This document shows positions 10,363 through 19,051 of a stretch of 32,000 nucleotides of DNA, piece by piece (the stretch's first letter is position 1; each line of letters begins with the position of its first letter). Below the pieces are notes generated by a model that was given only the letters and a program-made list of their open reading frames with translations, did not search any database and had not been told where the DNA came from. The stretch is taken from assembly GCA_045809185.1 (NCBI GenBank), contig JBJNRH010000003.1; one strand, 5' to 3'. The translations under genes and the position numbers were made by a program. This DNA is from Nocardiopsis yanglingensis (lineage in GTDB: Bacteria > Pseudomonadota > Gammaproteobacteria > Xanthomonadales > Xanthomonadaceae).

Positions 10363-10656
10363 GTGAACCTGCAGACCTTGCCTTCAACGCCATACCGCAT
10401 GCTTGCCGACAGTTGCCAGTTTGAGCTGCTGGATGTGGATGCGTTGCAGGACCCGGCCAGTGGACGCCTGCTCCACCTGTACTCGCTGGTTGCGCGGTGC
10501 ATGAGCTGCGAAACGGTGTTCAGGGCCGAGGAGGGGCAGGGGCTGGTCAGCCACACTGCGGCGCGCGTGGTGCGATGCCCCACAGGTTGTGGCCAGCAGG
10601 CGTTCAAGCCGGCGTTGCTGCGTGCATGGCAGCCGCGCCGCGTCGCACAGGCCTGA
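10363..10656 (+). CDS. hypothetical small Cys-rich protein (possible zinc ribbon: CxxC ... CxxxC)
   Basis: 97-aa ORF (GTG start; ATG alternative at 10399) with balanced composition and high GC3, between tspO and bphP. No recognisable family. Confidence 0.4.
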   Translation: MNLQTLPSTPYRMLADSCQFELLDVDALQDPASGRLLHLYSLVARCMSCETVFRAEEGQGLVSHTAARVVRCPTGCGQQAFKPALLRAWQPRRVAQA

Positions 10657-10672
10657 GCGCACTGAGACTGGC

Positions 10673-11173
10673 TCACAGCAACCCGGGATTGGCGCGCCAC
10701 ACCGCGAAGTTCAGCGCCGAGGCGAACGATATCCAGGCCAGGTAAGGCAGCAGCATCACCGCCGCACCACGATGGATGCGGGCGAAGGCAACGATCGTTG
10801 CGCACACCAGCGTGATCAGTGCCAGGATGTCGACGAAGGCCAGCGCGCCCAGCTTCCAGCCGAAGAACAGCCAGCTCCATAGCGCATTGACGGCCAACTG
10901 CAGCAGATAGAGCGTCAGCGCCGGTTGTGCACCTCGCCAGCCGCGCTCACGCCAGACCAGCCATGCAGCAACAGCCATCATCGCGTAGAGCAGGCTCCAT
11001 ACCGGGCCAAACACGCTGGCAGGCGGTGCCCACGCGGGCAAGGCGAGGGTGGCGTAGAAGCTGGCGGCGGATGTCGATGCCCATGCGCCGACTGCCGCCG
11101 CCGCAAACGTGACCACGCCCCATCCCAGAAGACCCATAACCTGTGAACGCCGCTTCATTCCGTGCCGCTCCAT
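10673..11173 (-). CDS. tspO: TspO/MBR tryptophan-rich sensory protein (tetrapyrrole-binding membrane protein)
   Basis: Five hydrophobic helices and Trp-rich motifs (PAWAPPASVFGPVWSLLY, LWSWLFFG, LPYLAWISFASALN). Alternative start at ATG 11158. Confidence 0.85.
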   Translation of the reverse strand: MERHGMKRRSQVMGLLGWGVVTFAAAAVGAWASTSAASFYATLALPAWAPPASVFGPVWSLLYAMMAVAAWLVWRERGWRGAQPALTLYLLQLAVNALWSWLFFGWKLGALAFVDILALITLVCATIVAFARIHRGAAVMLLPYLAWISFASALNFAVWRANPGLL

Positions 11174-11230
11174 CCTGCGTTTACCCGCTCATACGAACGG
11201 AGGCGGCAAATGGATGCAGCCCCAGGGCGA

Positions 11231-13456
11231 TCAGTCTGAAGAGCTCGTGGCGCTTCCACTTCCGCCAGCTGGCAACAGCGAAGGGCGTTGATCGAACCAT
11301 TCGCGCGCCTTGGCCAGATGCCACTGCCGCTGTTCGCCATCAAGCTCGATGCCCGCTCCCAGCAGCCCCCAGCGCAGGTAAAGATCGCCACGCTTGCGCT
11401 GCTCCAGAAGATCCAGCCGCGCACGTACCGTCAGGCGATCATTCTCGGCCTGCAGCCCGTCGATCAGCAGATGACCTGGACGCCAGCGCAACGTGGCCTG
11501 TGCATCGACCTGGCCGGAGTCAAGCAGTGAGAGCGTCCAGCGCGGGTAGTCGGTGCGCTTGGCGAACACCGCCAGCAAGGGGCGTGCATCGCTCAGGGTC
11601 AGATCGGTGGTGGCGTCCACCTGGAACGGGGACTGCGCGTCGATGCGGCCCCGCTTGAACACAGCACGGCCTTTCCACGCGCTGCTGGAGTCGGTACCGG
11701 CCACCTGCACATTGCGCAGTTCCACGGTGGTGCCGGACAGATCGAAATGGCGCTGGTTGAAGTCCCCGCGGCGAAGCGTCGCGTTCACGTCGACATCGCC
11801 GCCCATGTCCAGGCCTGCAACCTTCGCGCTGGTGTTGCGCCCCCGCAGGCGCGCGGTGCCATGGCCGACGCGGCCATCGGTGTCGAGCGTGGCGTCGCCG
11901 CTGAGGCTGCCGGTGCCACGCAGCAGGCGCACCTGTTGAGAGCCAAGGTAGCGGTTGTAGACGGCCAGGTCAGGGATGGTCGCCTCGCTGAAACGCAACC
12001 GTGCGCGAACGCCCTTGCGCAGTTCCTGCAGGCGGCCATCGCCGGTGAGGTCCACGGCCAGGTCACGCCCGTCGAACAGCCGCACATCCTTCGCATCGCT
12101 TGGGCGCGCGGTGAAGCGGGGCAGCCGGATCGCCAGCTGAGCCTGAGTGGGGGTGGCGGCCTTCAGCTCGCCATGCGCACTGGCCGTGCCGGCCAGGCGC
12201 ACGCCAGCGACCTCGGCCACGGCGGCAGCCGAAGGAATGTCCACGGTGCTGCCTTCGATCAGTTCGCCATTGCGCAGGCGCAGATCCGCCTTCAGCGTGC
12301 CGCCGCCGTCCAGCTGCAGCCACGGTTTGCGCACGAACAGGGCAGGGATCCAGTTGAGCGAGGTGAAGGTCCATTCGCCACGCACGGTGCCGGAGCTGCG
12401 TTCCAGCAACTGGGCAGGGTGCTGGAATGGAATCTCGCGCCCGGTGATGTGCAGGTCGGCATCGATGCCGGCGGCCGAATCCGGGCGTGGCGGCAGGCGG
12501 GCCTGCAGGCGCAGATCGTTGGCCACATTGAGCTGCAGGGCCAGCACACCGCGATCGGGCGCGCCATCGCCGAGGAAGAGCGGCACCTGCCAGAGCGCGT
12601 GGTCACCGGGTTGCAGTTGGCCGTTGATCATGTGAACTGCCAGTTGCAGGCGTCCGGGCACGGGCGCGCTGGAGATCTTTGGCGTTGTGGCGTCCGTATC
12701 CATGCGCAGGCCCTGGCTGCGCGCGTCCACCTCAAGTTGCGCATGCAGCAGCTTCAACTTGGCCAGGCCGGGCGCCTGGTCGCGATAGTGGCGCGGATAG
12801 CTGAAACGCGCAGTCAGATTCATGTCGCCCAGCAGCTGCACGCCGTCATAGCTGGTATCTGCATTTCTGAACGAAACCTCGGAATCGAACAGTTCGGACG
12901 GGCCGCCGCGCAGCTGCTTGAGGAACCCGACCGTGCCCTGGCCCTTGCCGATGATCAGCAGCTTGCCGAGCCGGGCACTGCGAATGCTGTCGCTGTGGAT
13001 GGCGTCGAAGCGCAGGGTCCAGCCCTGGTCGCTACGCGGCGGTGACGGAATGGCGTCCTCGACGCGACTGATCTCGGCCGACACGCCAGTGGCCTGCAAT
13101 CGCGGAACCCTCACTTCGCGGCGGAACAGGGGCAGGACCGCCAAGCGAGCGCTGGCACGCTCGGCGTGCAGTACGTAGACGGTATGGTTGACGTGACCGC
13201 GCATATGCACGTTCCACGCGATCACATGGCCGGGCAGCAGCGTGATGGCCGGGCCAGTCGTCATCACGAACTTGTGCGGCTTGCGGTTGGTGACCTGATC
13301 GAACAGCGGGGTGTTGAGGAAGATGTTGCCGGCCAGCAGGTAGAGAACGTACACGCCCAGCAGGATGTAGCCAGCGACGCGCCATCGGCGGAGCCGGTGC
13401 GGGATGCGCGCGGAAGTAGGGGGCATGTACTGCTCTAAGGGCCGGAATTCACTCAA
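11231..13456 (-). CDS. large N-terminally membrane-anchored protein of unknown function (AsmA/TamB-like architecture suspected)
   Basis: 741 aa with a single N-terminal TM (WRVAGYILLGVYVLYLLAGNIF) followed by a long beta-rich, repeat-like body. The family assignment is a guess. Confidence 0.6.
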   Translation of the reverse strand: MSEFRPLEQYMPPTSARIPHRLRRWRVAGYILLGVYVLYLLAGNIFLNTPLFDQVTNRKPHKFVMTTGPAITLLPGHVIAWNVHMRGHVNHTVYVLHAERASARLAVLPLFRREVRVPRLQATGVSAEISRVEDAIPSPPRSDQGWTLRFDAIHSDSIRSARLGKLLIIGKGQGTVGFLKQLRGGPSELFDSEVSFRNADTSYDGVQLLGDMNLTARFSYPRHYRDQAPGLAKLKLLHAQLEVDARSQGLRMDTDATTPKISSAPVPGRLQLAVHMINGQLQPGDHALWQVPLFLGDGAPDRGVLALQLNVANDLRLQARLPPRPDSAAGIDADLHITGREIPFQHPAQLLERSSGTVRGEWTFTSLNWIPALFVRKPWLQLDGGGTLKADLRLRNGELIEGSTVDIPSAAAVAEVAGVRLAGTASAHGELKAATPTQAQLAIRLPRFTARPSDAKDVRLFDGRDLAVDLTGDGRLQELRKGVRARLRFSEATIPDLAVYNRYLGSQQVRLLRGTGSLSGDATLDTDGRVGHGTARLRGRNTSAKVAGLDMGGDVDVNATLRRGDFNQRHFDLSGTTVELRNVQVAGTDSSSAWKGRAVFKRGRIDAQSPFQVDATTDLTLSDARPLLAVFAKRTDYPRWTLSLLDSGQVDAQATLRWRPGHLLIDGLQAENDRLTVRARLDLLEQRKRGDLYLRWGLLGAGIELDGEQRQWHLAKAREWFDQRPSLLPAGGSGSATSSSD

Positions 13457-13559
13457 CTATTGCCGAACCGATGGCGGTGGCGCGTGAAGCGGGTGCGGGG
13501 CACTTGCTGGATTCTGCTAGTGTCCGCCTTGCCCGCTACGCCGATCCGCGAGGAATTGC

Positions 13560-14039
13560 ATGGAAATCCGAGCCTCCACCGCCGGTGACTTCGACGCCAT
13601 GTGGGCGATCTTCAAGGCCGCTATCGCGGCCGGGGACGCACTGCCTTTTGGCCGCACATTCGAGGCCGAAACCTTTCGAAGTCATTGGTTCGGGCTGCAG
13701 ACAGCCGATGTGGCCGTTCTGGAAGACCGGGTGGTTGGAATGTACAAGATGGGCGCCAACTATCCAGACCTGGGCGCGCATGTGGCCAGCGCTACCTATG
13801 TGGTCGATCCGCTGACGCAAGGGTGTGGCATCGGGCGGGCGCTGGTGGCGCACAGCCTGGATCGCGCCAGATCGGAGGGGTTCCTGGCCATGCAGTTCAA
13901 TTACGTGGTCAGTACCAATGCGCCAGCGGTTGAGCTGTATCGAAAGTTGGGCTTCGCCGTGGTCGGGACGCTGCCGGCGGCGTTCCGGCATCGGTCGCTG
14001 GGGTTGGTTGATGTATATGTGATGCACCGGTTCCTGTAG
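13560..14039 (+). CDS. GNAT family N-acetyltransferase
   Basis: 159 aa with the acetyl-CoA motif QGCGIGRALVAHSLDRAR and ...ELYRKLGF. Confidence 0.85.
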   Translation: MEIRASTAGDFDAMWAIFKAAIAAGDALPFGRTFEAETFRSHWFGLQTADVAVLEDRVVGMYKMGANYPDLGAHVASATYVVDPLTQGCGIGRALVAHSLDRARSEGFLAMQFNYVVSTNAPAVELYRKLGFAVVGTLPAAFRHRSLGLVDVYVMHRFL

Positions 14040-14094
14040 ACAGCGATATCGCTGTCCATCGGCTTCGGTGCGTCGGGCGGAATGGGATTGAAAT

Positions 14095-14121
14095 GCCGTG
14101 GCGATGTGTATCGCCGACGGC
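14095..14121 (-). terminator. hairpin downstream of azoR (11-bp stem with one bulge, GTGT loop)
   Basis: GCCGTGGCGAT-gtgt-ATCGCCGACGGC lies 8 nt after the azoR stop, followed on the minus strand by AUUUCAAU. Confidence 0.45.
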
Positions 14122-14128
14122 ACAGCTA

Positions 14129-14737
14129 TCAGGCGAAGACGCGCTCGATGTCCTGCTGGGCGTGCCGCAGTGCCTGTGCACGCGCATCGTCGCCCATTGC
14201 CAGACCTTCGGCCCGGATGAACTGCAGGTCGGTGACGCCCAGGAAGCCGAACAGGCTGGTCAGGTAGGTTTCGTGATGATCCATGACCGCGCCAGGCGCA
14301 TCACCTGCATACATGCCGCCGCGGGTGGAGGCGATCAGCACCCGCTTACCGCCCGCTAGGCCTTCGGGCCCCTGTGCGGTGTAACGGAAGGTCCTGTCGA
14401 CAATCGCGATGCGGTCGATCCAGGCCTTGAGCTGGCTGGGAATGCTGAAGTTGTACATCGGCGCACCGATGACGACGACATCGGCCTGCAGGAAGGCATC
14501 CAGATCGTCGGCACCGAGCGCCACGTCCTGCTGCAGTGCATCGGCTTCGATGGGCGTGCCCTGGGCGGCGGCAAGATGGGATGGGGCGAGGTGGTCGACC
14601 GGTGCCAGGGCGAGGTCGCGGTAGGTCACGCTCACGTCGCCATGCTGCTGGCGGGCAGCCTCGATGAGCTGGGCGGTGAGCTGGCGGCTGACCGACTGCT
14701 GGCCCAGGATGCTGGAATCAATGTGCAGGAGCTTCAT
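14129..14737 (-). CDS. azoR: FMN-dependent NADH-azoreductase
   Basis: MKLLHIDSSILGQQSVSRQLT N-terminus and ...VIGAPMYNFSIPSQLKAWIDR, characteristic of AzoR/AcpD. Confidence 0.9.
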   Translation of the reverse strand: MKLLHIDSSILGQQSVSRQLTAQLIEAARQQHGDVSVTYRDLALAPVDHLAPSHLAAAQGTPIEADALQQDVALGADDLDAFLQADVVVIGAPMYNFSIPSQLKAWIDRIAIVDRTFRYTAQGPEGLAGGKRVLIASTRGGMYAGDAPGAVMDHHETYLTSLFGFLGVTDLQFIRAEGLAMGDDARAQALRHAQQDIERVFA

Positions 14738-14821
14738 GGCGGTTCTCGTAGTGGAGGTAGGACGGGCCCGGCGAACGCACTGCCATGGGCCACGGCTGCA
14801 CTTTATTTCCGCGCATTGGGC

Positions 14822-14932
14822 CCCACTAGCCGGTCGCAGCGGATTTCATTCGTCCACGGATGGGGGCAATCCCTCTGCGGGTGGATTCGTCCATGAATGG
14901 ACGGGTGTATTCCCCCTGGGTCGGCTAGTGGG
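14822..14932. promoter_or_regulatory. structured azoR-doxX intergenic element (11-bp inverted repeat enclosing two 16-nt direct repeats)
   Basis: CCCACTAGCCG (14822-14832) and CGGCTAGTGGG (14922-14932) form the inverted repeat. The direct repeats are ATTCGTCCACGGATGG (14848-14863) and ATTCGTCCATGAATGG (14885-14900). Confidence 0.3.
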
Positions 14933-15038
14933 CGGTGGTAGGGGCACCTAGAGTGCGTCCCGCTGGCAGTGATGATGTCGTCGTTCCTGCCGCTGCCACC
15001 GTCCCTCTTCTTTCAACACACCTCCAGGAAATGCAGAC

Positions 15039-15464
15039 ATGTCCACTTATTCCACAACCACCTTTGGCGCCTCGTCCTCCACCCGCCTGCAGGGCGCAGT
15101 CGAACTGCTCGGCCGCCTTCTGCTGGTCGCACTGTTCCTGCTGTCGGGATTCGGCAAGCTGAGCGCCTACGAGGCCACGGCAGGTTACATGGCCTCGGTC
15201 GGTGTCCCCGCGCTGATGTTGCCGCTGGTGATCCTTGCGGAGGTCGGTGGCGCGCTGGCGATCGCAGCGGGTTGGCAGACCCGGCTGGTCGCCATGTTGC
15301 TTGCCGGCTTCACCTTGGTCACCGCCTTCCTGTTCCACAACAACTTCGCTGACCAGACGCAGATGATCATGTTCCTCAAGAATGTCTCCATTGCCGGTGC
15401 ATTCCTGATGCTGGCCGCCAACGGCGCAGGCCGGTTCAGCCTGGATGCGCGCAAGGCCCGATGA
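15039..15464 (+). CDS. DoxX family membrane protein
   Basis: 141 aa with four hydrophobic helices and LLLVALFLLSGFGKL / FLKNVSIAGAFLML motifs. Confidence 0.8.
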   Translation: MSTYSTTTFGASSSTRLQGAVELLGRLLLVALFLLSGFGKLSAYEATAGYMASVGVPALMLPLVILAEVGGALAIAAGWQTRLVAMLLAGFTLVTAFLFHNNFADQTQMIMFLKNVSIAGAFLMLAANGAGRFSLDARKAR

Positions 15465-15553
15465 GGGCAGGGCGCTGCGCCGAGCGCGGCGACACCATTT
15501 GCAACACAATGCAAGGGCCTCCGTACCGGAGGTCGTGTGCATGGAGACCGCGG

Positions 15554-16456
15554 GTGATCGACCTCAATGATGTAGCCCTGTTCGTACAGGTGGCCAAGGC
15601 CGGCAGCTTCGCCGAGGCCGCGCGCCGCGTCGGCATGCCCTCCAATACCGCCAGCCGGCGCATCCAGCAGCTGGAGGCGCAGCTGGGTGTCCGGCTGCTG
15701 CATCGGTCCACCCGCAAGTTGACCCTGACCGATGCCGGTGAGGGCTTGTACGCACGCAGCGTTGAGCAGATCGAGGCGCTGGCGGACGTCACCCAGGAGC
15801 TTTCCGAGGGAAGCGAAGTGCCGGTCGGCAAGGTGCGTGTCGCCGCGCCGGTGGACTTCTTCAACTGGTTCCAGCTGGAATGGGTGCAGTCGTTCCTGCA
15901 GGCCCATCCCAGGGTCCGCCTGGAGTTCGTGCTCAATGATGCGCGCGCCGACCTGGTCGCTGACGGCATCGATGTTGCGATTCGTGCAGGTGCAGTCACC
16001 GGGCCAACACTGATCGCGCGCCGGGTGGGCAACAACCGTGCCGTGCTGGTGGCCAGCCCGGCTTACCTGGAGGCACGGGGAGCGCCCAGCGCACTGGAGG
16101 ACCTGTCCACGCACGATTGCATCGCCGTGCCCTCGGGCTCAGGGCGCACGCAGTGGCGCTTGATGGGGCCGGATGGCCCCGCTGAGGTCGAAGTGCGCGG
16201 GCGATTCAGCGCCAACTCGGCCTTGGCCTTGACCAAGGCCTGCGTGGCCGGCATGGGCATCGCGCTGCTGACCGAGGCGATGGTGGCGCAGCCATTGCGG
16301 GATGGGCTGTTGGTGCAGGTACTGCCCGACTACAGGATTGATGGCCTGGAACTGTTCGTGGTTTACCAGAGCCGGCGGCAGCTGCCTCGCGCCGCCAGCG
16401 CGTTTGTCGAGTTCGCCACGACCCATCTGGTGCAGGGGCAGCTGGTGGACGCCTGA
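15554..16456 (+). CDS. LysR family transcriptional regulator
   Basis: N-terminal wHTH (IDLNDVALFVQVAKAGSFAEAARRVGMPSNTASRRIQQLE) plus a substrate-binding domain. GTG 15554 is the preferred start; the ORF track starts earlier. Confidence 0.85.
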   Translation: MIDLNDVALFVQVAKAGSFAEAARRVGMPSNTASRRIQQLEAQLGVRLLHRSTRKLTLTDAGEGLYARSVEQIEALADVTQELSEGSEVPVGKVRVAAPVDFFNWFQLEWVQSFLQAHPRVRLEFVLNDARADLVADGIDVAIRAGAVTGPTLIARRVGNNRAVLVASPAYLEARGAPSALEDLSTHDCIAVPSGSGRTQWRLMGPDGPAEVEVRGRFSANSALALTKACVAGMGIALLTEAMVAQPLRDGLLVQVLPDYRIDGLELFVVYQSRRQLPRAASAFVEFATTHLVQGQLVDA

Positions 16457-16612
16457 ATCGGGCGGTAGCTGTTTCGGCGCCTGGCAGCGATTGCTCCAGC
16501 CGTGGAGAGGTGAAATCCGATCCGACCGGCTACTGCCGTGCGTGGCCGGCGCCTACCTTGGATGTACGACGCCGTCGCGTCGTTCGAAAACGACTTCCAA
16601 GGAGACCACGCC

Positions 16613-17485
16613 ATGCTTGCCGTCCACCCTTCCGAATCCACCGCGATCTCTCCGGTCGCCTCCGTGCGCCGCATCGTGCATCGCACCCGCGGCCGCAGCC
16701 ACGGACCCATTACCCGGCTGGTGAGTCCTTCCGACCTGGGCGAGCGCCTCAAGCCGTTCGTCTTCCTCGACCTTATCGATGCCCGCGATCTTTCGCGCTC
16801 CCAGGCCCCTGCGCTTGGCCTGCATCCGCACTCGGGCATCGCCACGCTCACCTGGCTGCTGGAAGGGGCGGTCGACTACGAAGACGACCAGGGGCGCCAG
16901 GGCAGTATCGAGGCCGGCTGGATGGAGTGGATGCAGGCCGGCAGTGGCGCCTGGCACGGGGGTGGATTCGGTGATTCCGATCGCCTGCGCGGTTTCCAGT
17001 TGTGGCTTGCACTGCCGCCGGTACTGGAGCTTGGGGCGCCCTTCAGCCGTTACTTCTCTCCTGGCGAGATCCGCAGCGAAGGTCCGGTGACCGTATTGCT
17101 GGGAGCGTACGGCACGGCCCGCAGCCCCATCGATGCCCCGGCACCGATCAACTACTTTTCGGTGAAGCTGGCGGCAGGGGATTCGTGGCGGTTCCAACCG
17201 CCGCCGGGACATGACGTGGCCTGGGCCGCGGTGAGCGTGGGCTCGCTGCGTGTACCCGAAGCGATCGGTGCAGGTGAACTGGTGATCTTCGAGGAAGGCG
17301 GTCAGGAGGTTGCGTTCTTCGCCCGTGAGGACACCGAGTTCGTGTTCGGTACCGCAGCACAGCATTCGTATCCGCTGGCAACGGGCTACTACTCGGTCCA
17401 TACCAGCCTGCAGGCACTGGAGGCGGGTGAAGCGCGTATCCGGGAGCTGGGGGAGCAGATCCGGGTGGCGGGAAGCGCTGGCTGA
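16613..17485 (+). CDS. pirin family protein (bicupin)
   Basis: AAGGAG RBS 8 nt upstream of ATG 16613. HPHSGIATLTWLLEG cupin metal motif. Confidence 0.8.
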   Translation: MLAVHPSESTAISPVASVRRIVHRTRGRSHGPITRLVSPSDLGERLKPFVFLDLIDARDLSRSQAPALGLHPHSGIATLTWLLEGAVDYEDDQGRQGSIEAGWMEWMQAGSGAWHGGGFGDSDRLRGFQLWLALPPVLELGAPFSRYFSPGEIRSEGPVTVLLGAYGTARSPIDAPAPINYFSVKLAAGDSWRFQPPPGHDVAWAAVSVGSLRVPEAIGAGELVIFEEGGQEVAFFAREDTEFVFGTAAQHSYPLATGYYSVHTSLQALEAGEARIRELGEQIRVAGSAG

Positions 17486-17525
17486 TGGAGCCGGCTCTGG
17501 AGCAGGGCAGGAGGGTGGGGCCCGG

Positions 17526-18374
17526 CTATCGTGAGTGGCCGCTACTGCTGCCGCGCACGAAGGCCGCTGCCAGCCGCAGTGCATCGTCGCTGCCGCGATC
17601 ACCGCGAAGCGCGTGGACCAGTCGACCGGGCGTGACGCCGGTCCAGCGCACCAGGTCATGCGTGGCATGGGCCTGGTCGCTGTAGCCGTGGCGCGCTGCG
17701 GCGGAGGCGATGCTGGTGGCTTCTCCATCCAGCGTGTGCAACAGAGCCTGCAGCCTGCATACACGGGCATATTCTTTCGGGGTCATGCCCACGGCCGCCA
17801 GAAAACGCGACTGCAAGCCACGCAGTGATATGCCCAGCCGCCGCGCCAGTTCGGCGATGCGCAGGTCGCCTTCCGCTGCATCCAGTTCCGCAACGGCCTG
17901 TTCGATGCGCTCGTCCAAAGTGAAGCTGGCACAGCATTCCCGCAGCACCTGCCATAACGGCTCGGGCGTGCCGCTTGCCGCGCTGGCGCGAGCGGCCGCA
18001 CTGAAGGTCTCGGCAAAGGAGGCATCCAGTGTGTACAGGTCCGGCGCCTGGTCGCGAAGCCCGGGTAGGTGGACGCCGGCAATCAAGGCACTCGCCGCCG
18101 GCTGCAGCCGCACGCCGATGCAGAACACCGGGCCGACGGCCCGCAGACGAATCGGGCCGCATTGCTGTGCGGCGAAACAGAACGGCAGATCGGAGCGGAT
18201 CCGGCCGTCTGCCCCATGCAGATGCATCGGCACGCCCAGTTCCGCCAGCAACTCGCAGCGGCCATCGGGATAGATGACCTGCACGTCATTGCCGGGGGCT
18301 TCGTCCCGCAGCCACCAAAGGCACTGGACATGACGGCGCAGGTCGTCGGGGGCAGGGTGCTCGCGGTAGTCCAT
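17526..18374 (-). CDS. AraC family transcriptional regulator
   Basis: C-terminal AraC HTH (IAELARRLGISLRGLQSRF...GYSDQAHATHDL). Confidence 0.8.
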   Translation of the reverse strand: MDYREHPAPDDLRRHVQCLWWLRDEAPGNDVQVIYPDGRCELLAELGVPMHLHGADGRIRSDLPFCFAAQQCGPIRLRAVGPVFCIGVRLQPAASALIAGVHLPGLRDQAPDLYTLDASFAETFSAAARASAASGTPEPLWQVLRECCASFTLDERIEQAVAELDAAEGDLRIAELARRLGISLRGLQSRFLAAVGMTPKEYARVCRLQALLHTLDGEATSIASAAARHGYSDQAHATHDLVRWTGVTPGRLVHALRGDRGSDDALRLAAAFVRGSSSGHSR

Positions 18375-18463
18375 GTGGCATCGGACGCCATCCTGCGCGT
18401 TTTTACAAGCGCCCCCGGGGCTGGCGCGCTAGCCTGCGTCCAACCGATCCAGGAGGTCAGGGC

Positions 18464-18940
18464 ATGTTGAAGTCGACGTTGGTGGTGCTCGGCGCAGGGC
18501 TGGCGTTGGGAAGCAGTGCCGTCACGGCTGCACCGGCCAGGTTCGACTGGCTGGCCGGGCACTGGTGCGGCGGTACCGAGGAGCGCGGGCTTGAAGAGGT
18601 GTGGCTGCCCGAGGCCGGCGGAGCGTTGCTTGGCATGTCGCGTACGTTGAGCCAGGGTGGCATGGCGTCATTCGAGTACATGCGGCTGGTGCCGGCAGGC
18701 AAGGCGGCCGGCTTGCATGTGCAACCCAACGGCGTGGCGCCGACCACGTTCGTCATTGCCGACCACGGCGAGAACTGGGTGGTGTTCGAGAACCCGCAGC
18801 ATGACTTCCCGAACCGCATCGAGTACCGGCGCGATGGCGCCGAGCTGAAAGCCAGCATTTCCGGGCCGGGGGAGGATGGGAAGACCCTGCGGATTCCGTT
18901 CGACTATCGGCGCTGTGGTGGTCAGGGGGAGGTGGGGTAG
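18464..18940 (+). CDS. secreted hypothetical protein (lipocalin-like / DUF6265-like, tentative)
   Basis: Signal peptide MLKSTLVVLGAGLALGSSAVTAAP and a 158-aa body. Confidence 0.6.
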   Translation: MLKSTLVVLGAGLALGSSAVTAAPARFDWLAGHWCGGTEERGLEEVWLPEAGGALLGMSRTLSQGGMASFEYMRLVPAGKAAGLHVQPNGVAPTTFVIADHGENWVVFENPQHDFPNRIEYRRDGAELKASISGPGEDGKTLRIPFDYRRCGGQGEVG

Positions 18941-19051
18941 GGGGTGAGCGGTCCGGCCCCCGATTGTGCTGGTGACGCTGTCGGTCCATCCTCTCGAGCG
19001 CAAACCTGCTCTCACTTGGCGGCAGGCGTTCGACCTCACAGAGGCCCCGTA

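Noticed and set aside
14040-14055. Perfect 16-nt palindrome ACAGCGATATCGCTGT right after the GNAT stop, considered as a terminator
   Set aside because: It has no loop and no U-tract. It could be a protein-binding dyad, but nothing supports calling it a terminator.
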